Assembly: GCA_964016885.1 (NCBI GenBank)
Contig: OZ024742.1
Location: forward strand, 311,984,001-312,048,000
Source of the DNA: Eledone cirrhosa
Lineage: Eukaryota
Direction of reading: 5' to 3'
Length of the DNA stretch: 64,000 nucleotides
The notes under the pieces are model-generated. The model had not been told where the DNA came from. It made no database searches and saw only the letters and a program-made list of their open reading frames with translations. How positions within the stretch are numbered: position 1 is the stretch's first letter; each line of letters starts with the position of its first letter. Made by a program: the position numbers and the translations under genes. Below, piece after piece: positions 34,667-48,087 of the stretch.

Positions 34667-37600
34667 GGCGACCTACGTAGTAAATCGTATCATCGTGAGC
34701 TCCGCAAAGGTTTGTTATTTTCAGTTGTTTAAAATTGCCATTCATGGAAAATTTTTATTGTTAACTGTAGATAAGTGCACATACATTGTTATCTGAAAAG
34801 GACACCCAAAAAGATTGGGGCCTTGAGCCCAAAATTTAAACTTTTATAATTATCAAACAAAAATTTTTCTTTGAAAAATCATGGCTGACTCAGTCACTCA
34901 TTTCTCACAAACTAACACCTCACACCGACACCACCATTGTAAATATTACTACGTTTGCCAACACTAAAAATATAAGCAGTAGCAATATTTTAAATTTGTC
35001 TCAGGCAGACATTCATTTCCCGCCATTACCAATGACTGCAGGTGTTAAAGCCGCCACCATCACCACCACCACCGCGACAACCACCACCCCCACCACCACC
35101 GCGACAACAGAAACAAAAGAAAAAAGTAAATTAACCCGTGATATCGAAATGAATTCAACCAAAAGGAACTCTTCCACACCGAACACCACTGACGCCACCA
35201 CCACCACAACTGAAACTAAAATTAATAATAACAAAAATAACGATAACAACAACAGCAACAATGACATTAAGAAAACCACCCTGAGTTTTGCCAAAGTAGC
35301 AAAACAGTGCGAAGCATTTCAGGTAACTCAGGAGGAATTAGAAGAAGCAAAAAAAATGGTAAAGAAAGATGGGTACAGGGTCAGCCTCCCCCCCCCTACA
35401 CACACACACCTAATAAAATGGAGCATCGGCGCCTATGCACCGTGTCGTATCGAACAATTAATGTAAAATTGCGCCGAGTGGAACGGGCATCCGAGTCCCA
35501 AATCCAAAAAGCTTTGGGACATGTGTGGGCAAAAAAAACACACATCAGACGTGGGCAAAAATATGGAACCGTGGACGTGTTCTTTGAAACACCACAGGAG
35601 GCTAGATGGCCCCATTAAGAAGTGACGATTTCACACTCGTCCCAAGCTATTGTGGCCAGAGACTCGTAAAGATTAGGGTGACCCACGTTCCACCGGCCAT
35701 CGAAATTCCTGGCTAATAGCTGCCGTCCTCGGCGGCATCGAAGCCAACACCGAGATAATCGAAATAGCGAAAGAAAAGCAGGAGAACTGGTCCGGATCAG
35801 GGATGGAGCTCCTGATCCAAGCGGACCAAAAAAGCATTGAGGAGATCCCAGAGGTAAGCCACCTCACCGTAATTGTCGAGGGCAGAAGGTCTAGGTGTGT
35901 CGTCTGTGGTGAAGGAACCCACTAAGTGCTTTCTGCCCTCAGGCTAAAAGGTTGAGGCCACCTCTCCTACCCACCCCAGTGACTCAACCATCAACACCAC
36001 CAGCAGCAGAGATGGCAGCAACAACAGAAGCAACTGTAACAGCAACAACCCCAGTAACAGTAGCAAAACCAACACCTCCACCACCCAACGCGCCAGATCT
36101 AGCACCAGCGCCTACATCATCCACCACGCCACAACCAAAACCAACGCCTGTGGAGGATTTTCCACTCCCCGGTATATCACAACTGGAGACAGATTGTGAC
36201 GACGAGGAGTGGGAAACGGTATCAGGAAAAAAGAAAAAAAGAAACCAAAAAAGAAAAAATTCTCTTCCCTCCCCCTCCAAAAACAAAATACAGAGGGAAA
36301 CAAATAAACTATCAAACAAAAAGGTTAGGACAGATATGCCACCATCCACACCAGCATCATAACCCCATCACCACAAACACCAGCACCATCACCATCATTA
36401 ACCCCAACACCACCATCACCAACACCACAAAAGTCACCAAAAAGCGAAACAGAAACAAACCCACAACAAACGGAAACAAAACAAAACAACCAAAACGATA
36501 CACACTACACAGCATTGGGTAATTGCTGGCCTTGTGCCAAAAGTAGAAACAATTAAATTTGAACAACCAATTATTACACTACATCCAACACAACACCAAC
36601 ATCACAGAAAAAGACTACACAACAACCCAAAATTTCACACCAGCTCCACACATACAAATCACTCGTATCATACAGAAAACGTACACGACACTAAAACAAA
36701 AATTCCCCAAAGACATCGGAGACTTCCGACAAACACTCTCCAGGAGGATTTATAAGGACATCCGTCCGGAGGAGGTCACTAGCAGTGAAAAGGATGGACA
36801 AACCATCCTTCCTCTACGAGAAGTAAGGTAAGTGGTCTTTCCCATCTTTTCCACTCCAATTCAACATGACCTCACTCAGAATAGGCAGCATAAATGCGCG
36901 TGGCTTGGGGTCATCATGGAAGCAGGGCAACCTGCTCAACGACCTCAGGTCACTAAACATAGATGTAGTGGCCATCAGCGAGACCAGAATCTCCGAAGCA
37001 CGGGCCTTCGCACCGATCTTCGGCGGCTACGATGTGTACGCATCTCCCAGCCATCCGGGATCGGGGGGAGGAGTTGCTGTGCTTTTTCGGAGAGGTTTGG
37101 ATCTTGCCATACGGGCCATCTTCCTGGACCCAGAAGGTAAGTTGGTGGTGCTGGACGTGACCAGCGGAGACGGGAAAGCTTTCAGGTTAGTGGCCGTCTA
37201 TGACCCGACAGGAGCAGGGCGGCCTGATTTCTTCCGGCGTCTGGAGACTTTTCTTGGAACGTCCCGCTCTTTAGTGTTAGTGGGCGACTGGAACGGGATC
37301 TTAGATGCACGCTGGAATTGTGTGGGATTAGTGGATAGGGAAGGAGGGTGCAAGAGTCTCACCAACCTGCTCAGGCGTTTTGAACTGTCTGACAGGTACC
37401 GAATGGATTTCCCGAATGTACCAATGTGGACTTGGACAAACCGCATAGGGTCAGATCATATCTAGATAGAGTATTTTGTAGGGAAATAGATAGGTCTAGC
37501 ATAGGCTGTCCACAATTCAAGATAGTCAGCTACACGGACCACAAATTCGTGATCTGTGTGCTTGACTTAGATAGGCTTCATAGACGAGGACCCGGCTACT

Positions 37601-40514
37601 GGAAGCTAAACGCGTCCTTACCAGCGCGCAAGGCCTACAGAGACCGGATTAGCGAACTAGTTAAGCGGGCGTTGACGGGGGCCATCGTCAACAACAAGTG
37701 GTGGTTTGCTCTGAAAAGAGCAATTAGAATAGAGTCCATTAGGTTTAGTAAGACTTTAGCAATAGAGAAAAATAGAGCAGAGGGAGAATTAGTTAGAAAA
37801 TTAGACGAGGCGCTTAGCAAAGGCATCGCGACCGACGTACTTGCGGCGAAATTAGCCCTTGACCAATTCTTCAATGCAAAGCACGAAGGCTGTGTTGTCA
37901 GAGCTAGGGTGCCTGCTCTCAGACACGAGGGGACGAAAGCCGTTTAATGGGCCCGAGTGGCGGAGGCGCGTCGTGGCAACAAAGCCACGATCCGGTCTTT
38001 GGTTGACCACGACGGGCGCATGCTACTCGATCCCGGGCAAATGTGTGAAGCTTTTCAGCGACACTTCGCTCAACTGTTCGGGGGCAGTGGCGGGCCGGAT
38101 CGAGGGATGGACTTTAGTGTCTACCTCGACGGACTGTCGCGGCTTTCGGCCACTGAGGCGGAGTGTTGCGAAAAGCCGATAACAACCGCTGAAGTACGGG
38201 ATGCAATGACTAGTTGCACAAGGGGTAAATCGCCTGGTTTGGATGGTCTGCCCTATGAACTTTACGTACAAATGCCAAACTTGTTCGGAGGCCTCTTGGC
38301 GGACGTCTACTGCAACTGGCAACAGAACGGGAGAATTCCCAGCTCTGTGAGCCGAGGAGCGGTGGCGCTGCTGAGAAAGGATCCGAACAAGGGGGATAAC
38401 ATAGATAATTTTAGGCCCATAACTCTGCTAAACACAGAGTTCAAGATTTTGGCCAAGGTGCTAGCAAAGAGGCTGGCGCTTGTCGTTGGTGGTCTGGTGG
38501 GAGAGGCACAGACATGCGCCATTCCCGACAGATCCATCCACGACAACCTCCACCTCATGCGATACATCGTAGAGAGGGTAGCTAGGGAACCTGGCACGGG
38601 TGGGTCTTTGATCAATTTAGATCAGTCGAAAGCCTTCGATAGGGTCGACCATCGTTACCTAGTGGCAGTCCTGAGGGCGGCTGGCTTTGGGCCCGTTTCA
38701 GAGGCTGGATCGCTGCCATGCACAGCGACATCTGCTCTGTAGTGAGAGTGAACGGTCACCTTTCGGAACCGTTCAACATCATGCGCTCGGTCCGCCAAGG
38801 ATGTCCCCTCTCGTCCCTATTGTACGTATTGACTCGCGAGCCATTACTGCACAAACTGGAGACGTTGAAGGGGGTCCCGCGCGAACTAGGATGCGGAAGA
38901 TCCGTGTCAGCATATGCCGACGATGTCACCGTAGTGGTGTCGAACGCCAAACACATCGAGGCGATCGGCACTACACTAAGAGAATACGAAGCGGTGACAG
39001 AAGCAATGATCAACCAGGAAAAGTCAGTGGGCCTGCAGCTCGGCACCTGGAGAGGCAGGTCCATGCCGTCCAACAGCGTCGTCGGGCGCTGGACGGACGG
39101 ACCGGTTAAATTGCTAGGGGTCTGGTTCGGTCCAGACGGACAAAAACAGGGACGAGGTGACGAGCAGGGTGGCTTCTCTCACCCAGAAATGGGCCGAGAG
39201 GAAGCTATCCCTGAAAGGTCGAGCGGAGGTGGCTACGCGTACATCGCGTCTGTCATCTACTACCGCCTGACCGTCGTACCTTGTCCTAAGCCCCGCCTGA
39301 CTGCGTTGGAGCCTTTGCTCTTTCGCTTCTTGTGGAAGGGACGCGCTCCGATGGTCAGGTGGTCCATCTGCTGTCAACACCCGCTACGTGGAGGGCTGGG
39401 CATGCCGTGGCTGATGATGCGCAGACACGCGCTCAGGTTACGACATCTCCACCTCTTCCTCGACGGTGATCAGCTGTGGTCGCCGTTTGCTAGACACGTT
39501 TTTCCCCAGCTCGTCTCCTTGACGGAGCTCCAGTCCTGGGTCAAGCGTAGACCGAGAGGGAGCGCTTGGAGACTGGAATGTCTTCAGGCGCTCACAGCCG
39601 TCGACCAATCGGGCAATGTGATCGGTGGAAACTCCACCTTGGCGTTCTATAGGGGATTAGTGGAGGGGAAGAGCGACGACGTACTTGGAGAAACTCTAGG
39701 CGTCGACGAAAATCAACTAGCCAATCTCTTCGGAAGGACTTTCGGGCCGGGGCCTATGGACAAATTCCAGAAATCACTGGCCTGGCTGTGCTACCGGGGT
39801 GCTTTGCCAGTTCGGGATAAACTCTACAGGCATGGAGGTGCCGTCAGCCGGGCATGTCCGAGATGCGCACAGGGCGACGAAACCGTCCAGCACGCACTCG
39901 TCCAGTGTCCGAGCATTGCTGACTTGTGGGTTTATGTCGAACACCTGCTGTCACGTGTAGGACGGATCCAGCTATCAGCTGAGTCCATCGTGAGGATTAC
40001 CCCGCCCTCTTCCTTTAGCCGGGAAGGGCAGGCAGTTTTTATCTGTTTGGTTGCCATGGCGAAAGAGATAGTATGGTGGACACGTTTGAAAGGGCTGAAG
40101 ACGAGCACTTACCTCTTCGGTGATGCCCTGATTAACTTTTTCAAATTTCATTTGAAAAGGAAAATCAGGGTAGGGAGGGAAGTGCTCTCTTCCCAACATT
40201 TTGTTGAAAGATGGGTGAGAGAAGCAAGTATGGCCCGAATGAATGGGCCTTCTCTGAGTATGTGTCTGTAAATTAAAGGTGGAAAACTGGGAGAGGGCAC
40301 TTGCCCTGGTGGTCAGGGCCACTGTGGTCTTTTAATGGGCTTTCTCCACAAATGTCCCTCGGAAGTCTCCCCCCTATTGGGGAATTTTTCTTTGTTATTT
40401 TATTTCAACCTCTGTTTTTTTTACACGCAGAAATGCCCATTTGTACCGTCCTGTATTGTCCTGTACTGTCCTTAATGTCTACTTTATGTAAACCCTTGTG
40501 GTTAATAAAGAAAA

Positions 40515-40515
<1 letters not shown>
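34667..40515 (+). mobile_element. Tx1/L1-clade LINE type A, copy 2, full length, disrupted (ORF1 to 36831, ORF2 36866-40271)
   Basis: Same 5' start and 3' end as copy 1; (TTA)n on both sides. Confidence 0.93.
36517..36554 (+). mobile_element. 38-bp SINE family 1 3'-tail insertion within ORF1 of copy A2
   Basis: GGGTAATTGCTGGCCTTGTGCCAAAAGTAGAAACAATT is absent from copies A1 and A3 and matches the SINE tail at ~41475-41512. Confidence 0.85.
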
Positions 40516-40562
<47 letters not shown>

Positions 40563-40567
<5 letters not shown>

Positions 40568-40659
40568 TCTACATTCTTTACATTAAACTAAAACTATGTT
40601 GACAATCTTTTGATAATGTCTTCCTTGTGAAATTTGTGGTCTTGTTTTTTCTTAACTAA

Positions 40660-40666
<7 letters not shown>
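40563..40666. repeat. Right arm of the ~104-bp inverted repeat
   Basis: Reverse complement of 21400-21503; followed by (TA)n. Confidence 0.9.
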
Positions 40667-40730
<64 letters not shown>

Positions 40731-40733
<3 letters not shown>

Positions 40734-40863
40734 CTAATCCCGAGTTCAATCGGGGGCAACCACAGTAAGTAAGGTACTCAATACAAAGCAGGGTATAAAT
40801 ATTTAATATAGAAAAGCCTTCTACAGGACTAGAACTGTTTCATTCGGGGGAAATCATCAGGAA
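40731..40863 (-). mobile_element. Short PLE-terminus relic with a hammerhead-like core between TA tracts
   Basis: Minus strand CTGATGA-TTTCCCCCGAAT-GAAAC-AGTTCTA-GTC; shares TAAGGTACTCAATAC with 16535. Confidence 0.5.
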
Positions 40864-40994
40864 TATATATATATATATATATATATATAACGAAGGAAAT
40901 GTGGTAAGGAACCAGATGGACCATAACGCACCAAAGTACTCAATACTTAGGGTAGTAGAATGGGTAATAGGAACGAGTAGGACCCCTACTCGTT

Positions 40995-41049
<55 letters not shown>

Positions 41050-41323
41050 GTGTGTTTGTGTGTGTGTGCGTCCATATATGCGTGTATACGTATGTAAATG
41101 TGTATATTTGATTAAGTATTTGTGTACTGACATGAATATTTATAAAATTTCCATCGCCAACAAAGAAACTTAATTTGCAAGCGTCTCGCTTCAGTGACAA
41201 CGCATCATTAACCATCATTACTAATTTATAACAATGATGATAATGATGATGATGGTCATTATCAACCAGTTAACTACTCAAACAACAGCCGTGTTCTATA
41301 TTCGTTATTATATGGTAACAAAA

Positions 41324-41512
41324 GGCGGTGGATTGGCAGTATCGGTAGAGGGGCGGACGCCATGCTTTGACGCATAGAGTTAGGGCCCTTGCCATTCTGA
41401 GTTCAAATCCCGCCGAGGTTAACTTTGCCTTTCATCCTTACGGGGTCGATAAAATAAAGTACCAGTAATGTACTGGGTAATTGCTGGCCTTGTGCCAAAT
41501 GTAGACACAGTT
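41324..41512 (+). mobile_element. SINE family 1 with 18-bp TSD (GTTATTATATGGTAACAA)
   Basis: TSD at 41304-41321 and 41510-41527. Confidence 0.9.
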
Positions 41513-41971
41513 ATTATATGGTAACAACGGTTTATGAACGTTATTGTCTATTTAGATATACTAGAATGTTTTCCATACGCCTCAGCGCATGTGTATATGT
41601 GTGTGCGTGTGTGTATGTACATATACATACATTTATATGCATGAATATATGAATATAAGCACACAAGCACAGACACACTTACAAAAATATACACTCACAG
41701 ACATACATTCACGCAGGCAGCATATGTACAGAGAAAGGAGTAGTATGAGGTAGTTAAATTACTCCTCTCTCTTTACGTGTTGTGACAGAATCTCAGAAAT
41801 ATATATATATATAAATTTATATTCCGGCTCTGTAAAACATCTGATGTATTTACATTGTGCTATTTTTCTTACTGGTAATAAGGTGCTAATGAATTACTGA
41901 ATTACTGTTTATAATTATATATAGTGTATATATAAGTACCCAGTGCATTACTAATAAAGTACCAGTAATGC

Positions 41972-42660
41972 CATTCTGAGTTCAAATACCGCTGAGGTTA
42001 ATTTTGCCTTTCATCCTTACGGGGTCGATAAAATAAAGTACCAGTAATGCACTGGTTAATTGCTGGCCTTGTGCCTAACGTAGAAACAATTATTATTATT
42101 ATTATATATATATGAACTATATTTTGTAGTAATTCACTCGTTTCTCTTCTGTTACTGGGTACTTTTACTTCACAGCATTGAATTGTTGTTTTAGCTGTTG
42201 TTGTTCTTGTTGGTGGTGGTGGGGTGGTCGTCGTCGTTGTCGTGATAGTTCGTTGTTCGTTTCTGTTGTTGTTGTTGCTTTTGTTGAAAATATCGTTGTA
42301 CAATAGTCATTATTATCGGCATAGTTAAGGACGGTGAATTGGCAGTATTAGTGGATCGTCAGACACCATGATTTGCAGCATAGAGTTATGGTCCTTTACG
42401 TTCTGAGTTCAAAATCCCGTTAGCTTTACCTTTCATCCTTACGGATTCGATAAAATAAAGTACCAGTAATGCACTGAGGTTGATTTAATCGACTTTCCCC
42501 TCCCACCAAATTACCGGCCTTGTGCCTAAAGTAGAAACAATTATTATCATAGTGCTTTCCAGAGCGGTGGGTTGGCAGAATCAGTAGAGTGTTGGACAAC
42601 ATGCTTTGCGGCATATAGTTCGTTCCTTTTCATTCTGAGTTCAAATCCCACCGAGGTTAA
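41972..42660 (+). mobile_element. Three SINE family 1 pieces (~41972-42100, ~42329-42548, ~42563-42660)
   Basis: Box B, core and tail motifs. Confidence 0.8.
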
Positions 42661-42661
42661 C

Positions 42662-43345
42662 AACCTGCTCGTGGAAATAACGTGCACGTAGCTGATCAGT
42701 TCACAGATACATATGCCAGTGGATCTCCCTTACCATCCTCCGGGGAAACGCCTTCTCCATTCTGTCCGCCAGGGCTGTTGGGAGGCCAGCACGTGGGACC
42801 CCATTTGCTCACCATACATGAGAGATGGGGAGGGCGAGAGAGGTGGAGGCGATGACAGTAGAAGTTAGGCTCTTCCACGTTCGGACCATATCCTTGTTCA
42901 CTTCTCTGATTGTTTCAAAATGTGATGTTTTTCCTTAACATAATTATCAGAGAGTTTCAGCGTGATACCGTATGTGACAAGGACGGCCCTTTGAATTACA
43001 GAAACAACTCATTTTTGACAACTGAGTAGACTTAAGCAATGTGAAGCAACATGTCTTCTTCCACGACACAACGAATCACTGAGAGTCGAATTCATGATCT
43101 TACGATCGTGAGTTGAATACACAAATACACGCTCCTCCACATAAAGAATATAACATCGAATAGAATTGAATCGATCGACAAAATCCCAGACCTTACCGAG
43201 TGGAGTGAAACTCGTCAAATAAGACCAAAGAAACAATGTTTCCACTGAGCTTTAATAAAGTGTCTTGCTTAAGGACATAACGCATCGCCAGGTCCAGGAA
43301 TAGGACTCGCAACCTTACGATTGCGATTCCAATTCTCTAACCACA
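42662..43345 (-). mobile_element. Family-2-like SINE pieces, one interrupted by a CRE-like 3' fragment (~42712-42930, +)
   Basis: ACTCATTTTTG..CTGAGT..AAAGTGTCTTGCT core on -; the insert reads CQWISLTILRGNAFSIL; related tail pieces at ~44460-44585, ~46160-46265 and ~46975-47110. Confidence 0.55.
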
Positions 43346-43790
43346 TGAAGCAACTTTGCTTAGTTGAAATGATTTAACAGATGTTCAAGAAGAATGTGTA
43401 TCCTGTTACTTCAACTTCATATAATACGGATGTCCTTCTCTGTAACCTCAGAACCTCAGAATTCAAAGACAGAACCCAGATTGCCCACAACTTCCCGGAC
43501 TTCGTAACTAGATTTACAGTTTCAGTAAAATTCTGAATTGTGCCAATTTAGAAGCACTAATTCTACAAAATTCTTTATAAGTACAGTTATTAATGATTCG
43601 TAATGTAGGCACAAGACCAGCAATTTGTAAGGTATGGAAGGTCGATTATATCGACTCGAGTACTTGAGTGATATTTTATTTTATCAAACCCATCCTTAAA
43701 AGTATTTTACCTGATTTTCTAAAGCTATTATGTATAGTGATCGACTATTGTTACAATTATTAATATACATACATTATATAATGTATACAT

Positions 43791-43830
<40 letters not shown>

Positions 43831-43986
43831 AATCATGACTGTCTGATGACCCTGTGAACACACAAGCGAAACTCCAGAGTAGTAGGACACTGACTCGACC
43901 TTAATAAACCATGTATAATTATATGTGTGTGCGTGTGCGTATATTATACACACACACATATATATATATGTGCGTGTGCGTGTGCG

Positions 43987-44030
<44 letters not shown>

Positions 44031-45924
44031 GTGTGTGTGTGTGTGTTAGACGGGCACGCTTACTTACATTTCTTATGCATCAATCAAAAGAGGGTTGTGG
44101 ATTGGTATTATTGGTTAGTCATCGAGCACTATGCTTCACGGTTTCAAACCCCGTTAAGGTTAGCTTTGCATTTCACCCTTACGAGGTTGATAAATTAAAA
44201 TACCAATAACGCACAACACAAAAGTGTTGTCCTTGTGCCTAAATGAGAAACCACTATTTAACAATCAAAGTATAGATGCAGGAAAGATCGCGAATACTTT
44301 GCGATATTTAGTTATATTCAAATATCTTATGAGTTCGGATCTCACTAAGTTTCATTTGGTCTTTCCTTCATCATGGTTTACTAAAGAAGTAGAAGTGGTA
44401 TATCTATGTATGAATGGCATGAGCTTCCGTCAGTTTCAACGATGAGTGTTTCAGTTGTTAAACAGGACAGCTTTTTCGTAAAATTAACCGAGTATTACAG
44501 TGGTAAGTGTGTCCTTAACGTAATTCTCAGGGAGATTCAGTATGATACAGTCTGTGACAAAACTTGCCATGTGAATTGCAGGTAGGATCCATCTGATGGG
44601 CTTCCAATCAGTTTTCGTCTACCAAATTTTACTCTACAAAGTTTCAGTCAATTCTGACTCTGGTAAATGACACTGGCCCAATATGTCACAGGAGTCGAAA
44701 CCCCATGTCCAGAGCCCTTCCCCCTTCTTTTCTTCTGTGGCCCAAGCGTCCTTCCTCTTTCCCGCCTTTGCCTCTCATTTTAGTATTTGTAGTCCTTTCC
44801 TCAACTTTCCCATAGAGCCTGATCTTCCCTTCATTACCCCTTCCCCCCTTTCCTCATTACTTAATTTTGTTTTTATTTTTATTTTTCATATTTATGTAAT
44901 TATCAATGGTTTTAAAGCCAACTTTGTGAGTTCAACCATATGTATATTGTATGATCATTCTGTAGCATCAACCACTGACATCAATGAATTCAAGTAATAA
45001 ATGTTTACATAAATACACTGTATCTCTTTCCCATAAACTGGTGGAAGTTTACGGGGGCGGGGAAAGAGTATTGTGCTCTTGAGTAAAACTTTTCCTTCTA
45101 TGTTACTCCTGTCAACTCAGCTGAAAATGAGTTCCAGCAGCATCTGGGGGTTAACCCTGCAACTGACTGATGCTCTTCCTGTCCAGGAGGAAGTTTTGTA
45201 CTCTTAGTCACTTAACGCCAATGGAACCGACCTGGAGAGCCTTCAAGGCTTGCTGCTGACCTTTAACTCTTTAGTCTCTCTCTTATGAAGTCCATCTTCA
45301 TACGAATGTGAGAAATGAGCATATAAATCATCAATAATCGATTACGTTAAAGAAAGTAAAGGGTACCTGCTTAGGTGTTTTATAGTATTTAATGTCATAC
45401 TCCTATATATGTTTCTGAATTTAAATTCCTTTGGGTTAATCTTTGCATTTTATCTCACATGGTTCGGCATGATAATCATTATACTGGCACATCCGCTCTC
45501 CTTCTCTGAACACAGACGATTTCTTTCAGGATAGATATAGATAGAAGGAGAGGGAGAGTGAGAGAGAGGGAGAGAGAGAGGGAGAGAGGGGGGGATCCAC
45601 CCCAAATTTTGAACTGGTACTTATTCATCAACGTTGAAAGTATGAAAAGCAGTGGAGCTTTGAACTCAGAGACCACACAGTGCCGGAACAAATACCACAA
45701 AACATTCTATCCGACATTTTAACGACTCTGCCAATTCTTCGACTAACCATCATTACTTCAAACGTCTAAAATCTTTCTATACAAAATTGTGTCTTTTCTT
45801 TATGTTTATATAAAAAGAATCTGGAATAGTTTATAGTTTATAGTTCTAAAGTCGATGCCCTGAAATAAACACCTCGCTACTCATGTGTTTCGACCACAAG
45901 CATTTCCTTATTTGACCAACTCAG

Positions 45925-46138
45925 GGCGGTGGATTGGCAGTATCGGTAGGGAGTCGGACACCATGCTTTGCAGTATAGAGTTACGGTCCTTTACGGAGTT
46001 CAAATCCCGCCGAGGTTAACTTTGCCTTTCATCCTTACGGAGTCGATAAAATAAAGCACCAGTAACGTACTGGGGTCGATTTAGTTGACTTTTCCCACCC
46101 GCAAATTACTGACCTTGTGCCTATACTAGAAATCATTA
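45925..46138 (+). mobile_element. SINE family 1 with 17-bp TSD (TTATTTGACCAACTCAG)
   Basis: TSD at 45908-45924 and 46136-46152. Confidence 0.9.
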
Positions 46139-46649
46139 TTTGACCAACTCAGCGCCATATTTGTAAATTAAAGTGTAAGCGGCTGAGTATTCCATGGACA
46201 CGAGCACCCTTGCATAATTCTCAACCTGAAACATGACAAAGGTAGACTTTTAAATTACAGATACAATCCACCCGATAAGTTCCCACTCACAGACCTGCCA
46301 ACCTCTAAAACCCCAAACGGGGAGTTCCATGAAAAAAAGTGCCCCAAAACGGTGAGGAATGGGGAAAAATGGGGAAATTTCACATAATGAAAGCTATACC
46401 CATTTTCACAAGAGAAGACTTCTCTCACCCCAAAGTGGGTGGGAGATCTCCCCGTCGGACTCAGTTTCCATTTTCTAAATTTTACTCATAGAATCAGGTT
46501 GAGCTGAGTCTATGATAAATAGAAGAAAAAAAAACACTTGTCAAAGATTCCATGTGTTGGGATCGAACTGGAAACCACTTGATTGTGAAGCGAATTTCTT
46601 AACCGCTCAGCCATAAATTTACATACTCTCTCGCCCACGGAAACTCTTA

Positions 46650-46655
46650 GACACA

Positions 46656-46736
<81 letters not shown>

Positions 46737-46820
46737 ACATATCTATATACACACACACACAAATACACACACACATATATATATACACATACAAATACAC
46801 ACATACACACACACACACAT

Positions 46821-46866
<46 letters not shown>

Positions 46867-47500
46867 TCATATACACACATACATATATATACACAGCACA
46901 TAGCCTAAGATTGAACCAAGCATTGTGAGCGAAATTCAGTTTACAGAAATTAATTGGAAGCCCATCGGATGGCTGTACTTGTAATTCAAAAGATCAGCTT
47001 TGTCACACGCTGTCTCACGCTGAATCTTCCTGAGAATTACATTCAGAATACACTTGTTTATGGAATGTTCATTCAATTGCACGTTAATTTCACGAGTAGG
47101 CTAATCCATTGATCAGACAATTAGAGCACTAATTGTCGGACACACAGGAGGTTCAACACACACACACGCGCGCGCGCACACGTACGCATGCGCACATACA
47201 CACATAGACACACACACATGCACACTCACATGCACACACACACACATGCACGCACACACACATACACACACATAGACACACACATGAACACACGCACGCA
47301 CGCATACACACACACATACACACACAGACACACACAAGCGCGCGCGCATGCGCACATACACACGCGCGCGTGCGCATGCGCACATACACACACATAGACA
47401 CACACATGCACACACACAGACATGCACACACACATGCACACGCGCACGCGCACGCTCACACACACACACACATGCACACACGCACGCACGCACACACATT
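46650..47500. repeat. (CA)n/(TA)n/(CG)-mixed microsatellite blocks
   Basis: Direct reading of 46650-46895 and 47155-47500. Confidence 0.9.
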
Positions 47501-48087
47501 TACTTGTACATTTGTATATCCACGAATGAATAAAAAAAATTCTCAGAAATTTTTCCTCTCACCATAGACTTCTTTACAAGAATTCCTCTTCTTCCTTTCT
47601 CCATTATTTTTCTTTGTGTTTGTTTTTTTTTTGGGGGGGGGGGGGGGGGGTTTCAGCTTTTACCTGTATCCATATGTATGACCGTACATAACACAATCCG
47701 AGAGCTAGACATTTGTTCGTCTGAAATTTCCTTTTCTAAGTGACTAAATTAACTAACTAAAAGGACCTAAACACTTTCAAACGTCTTCTTTGGAATTATA
47801 AATCTTATGTTTTAAACTTATGACCCATAGCCTCAATCTACCAGTTAGTCCCATGCAAAGATGAAGCACTAAGCTATTGTCACGTACTTTTCTCAATGAC
47901 CGCACGCCAAACGGCAAGGTGAGTGACTGTCTAATGCTTTGATTGAAGAAATTGTCACATTCACTGAGAGATGCAATTGTATGACTCTCTTTTGATCTGT
48001 AAATGATCTAATAACTACGATTAACTCTATCATAAATAAATAAAGAGAAAGACTAGAGAAAAAGAAGCTACTGGCTTTATCTATCAT

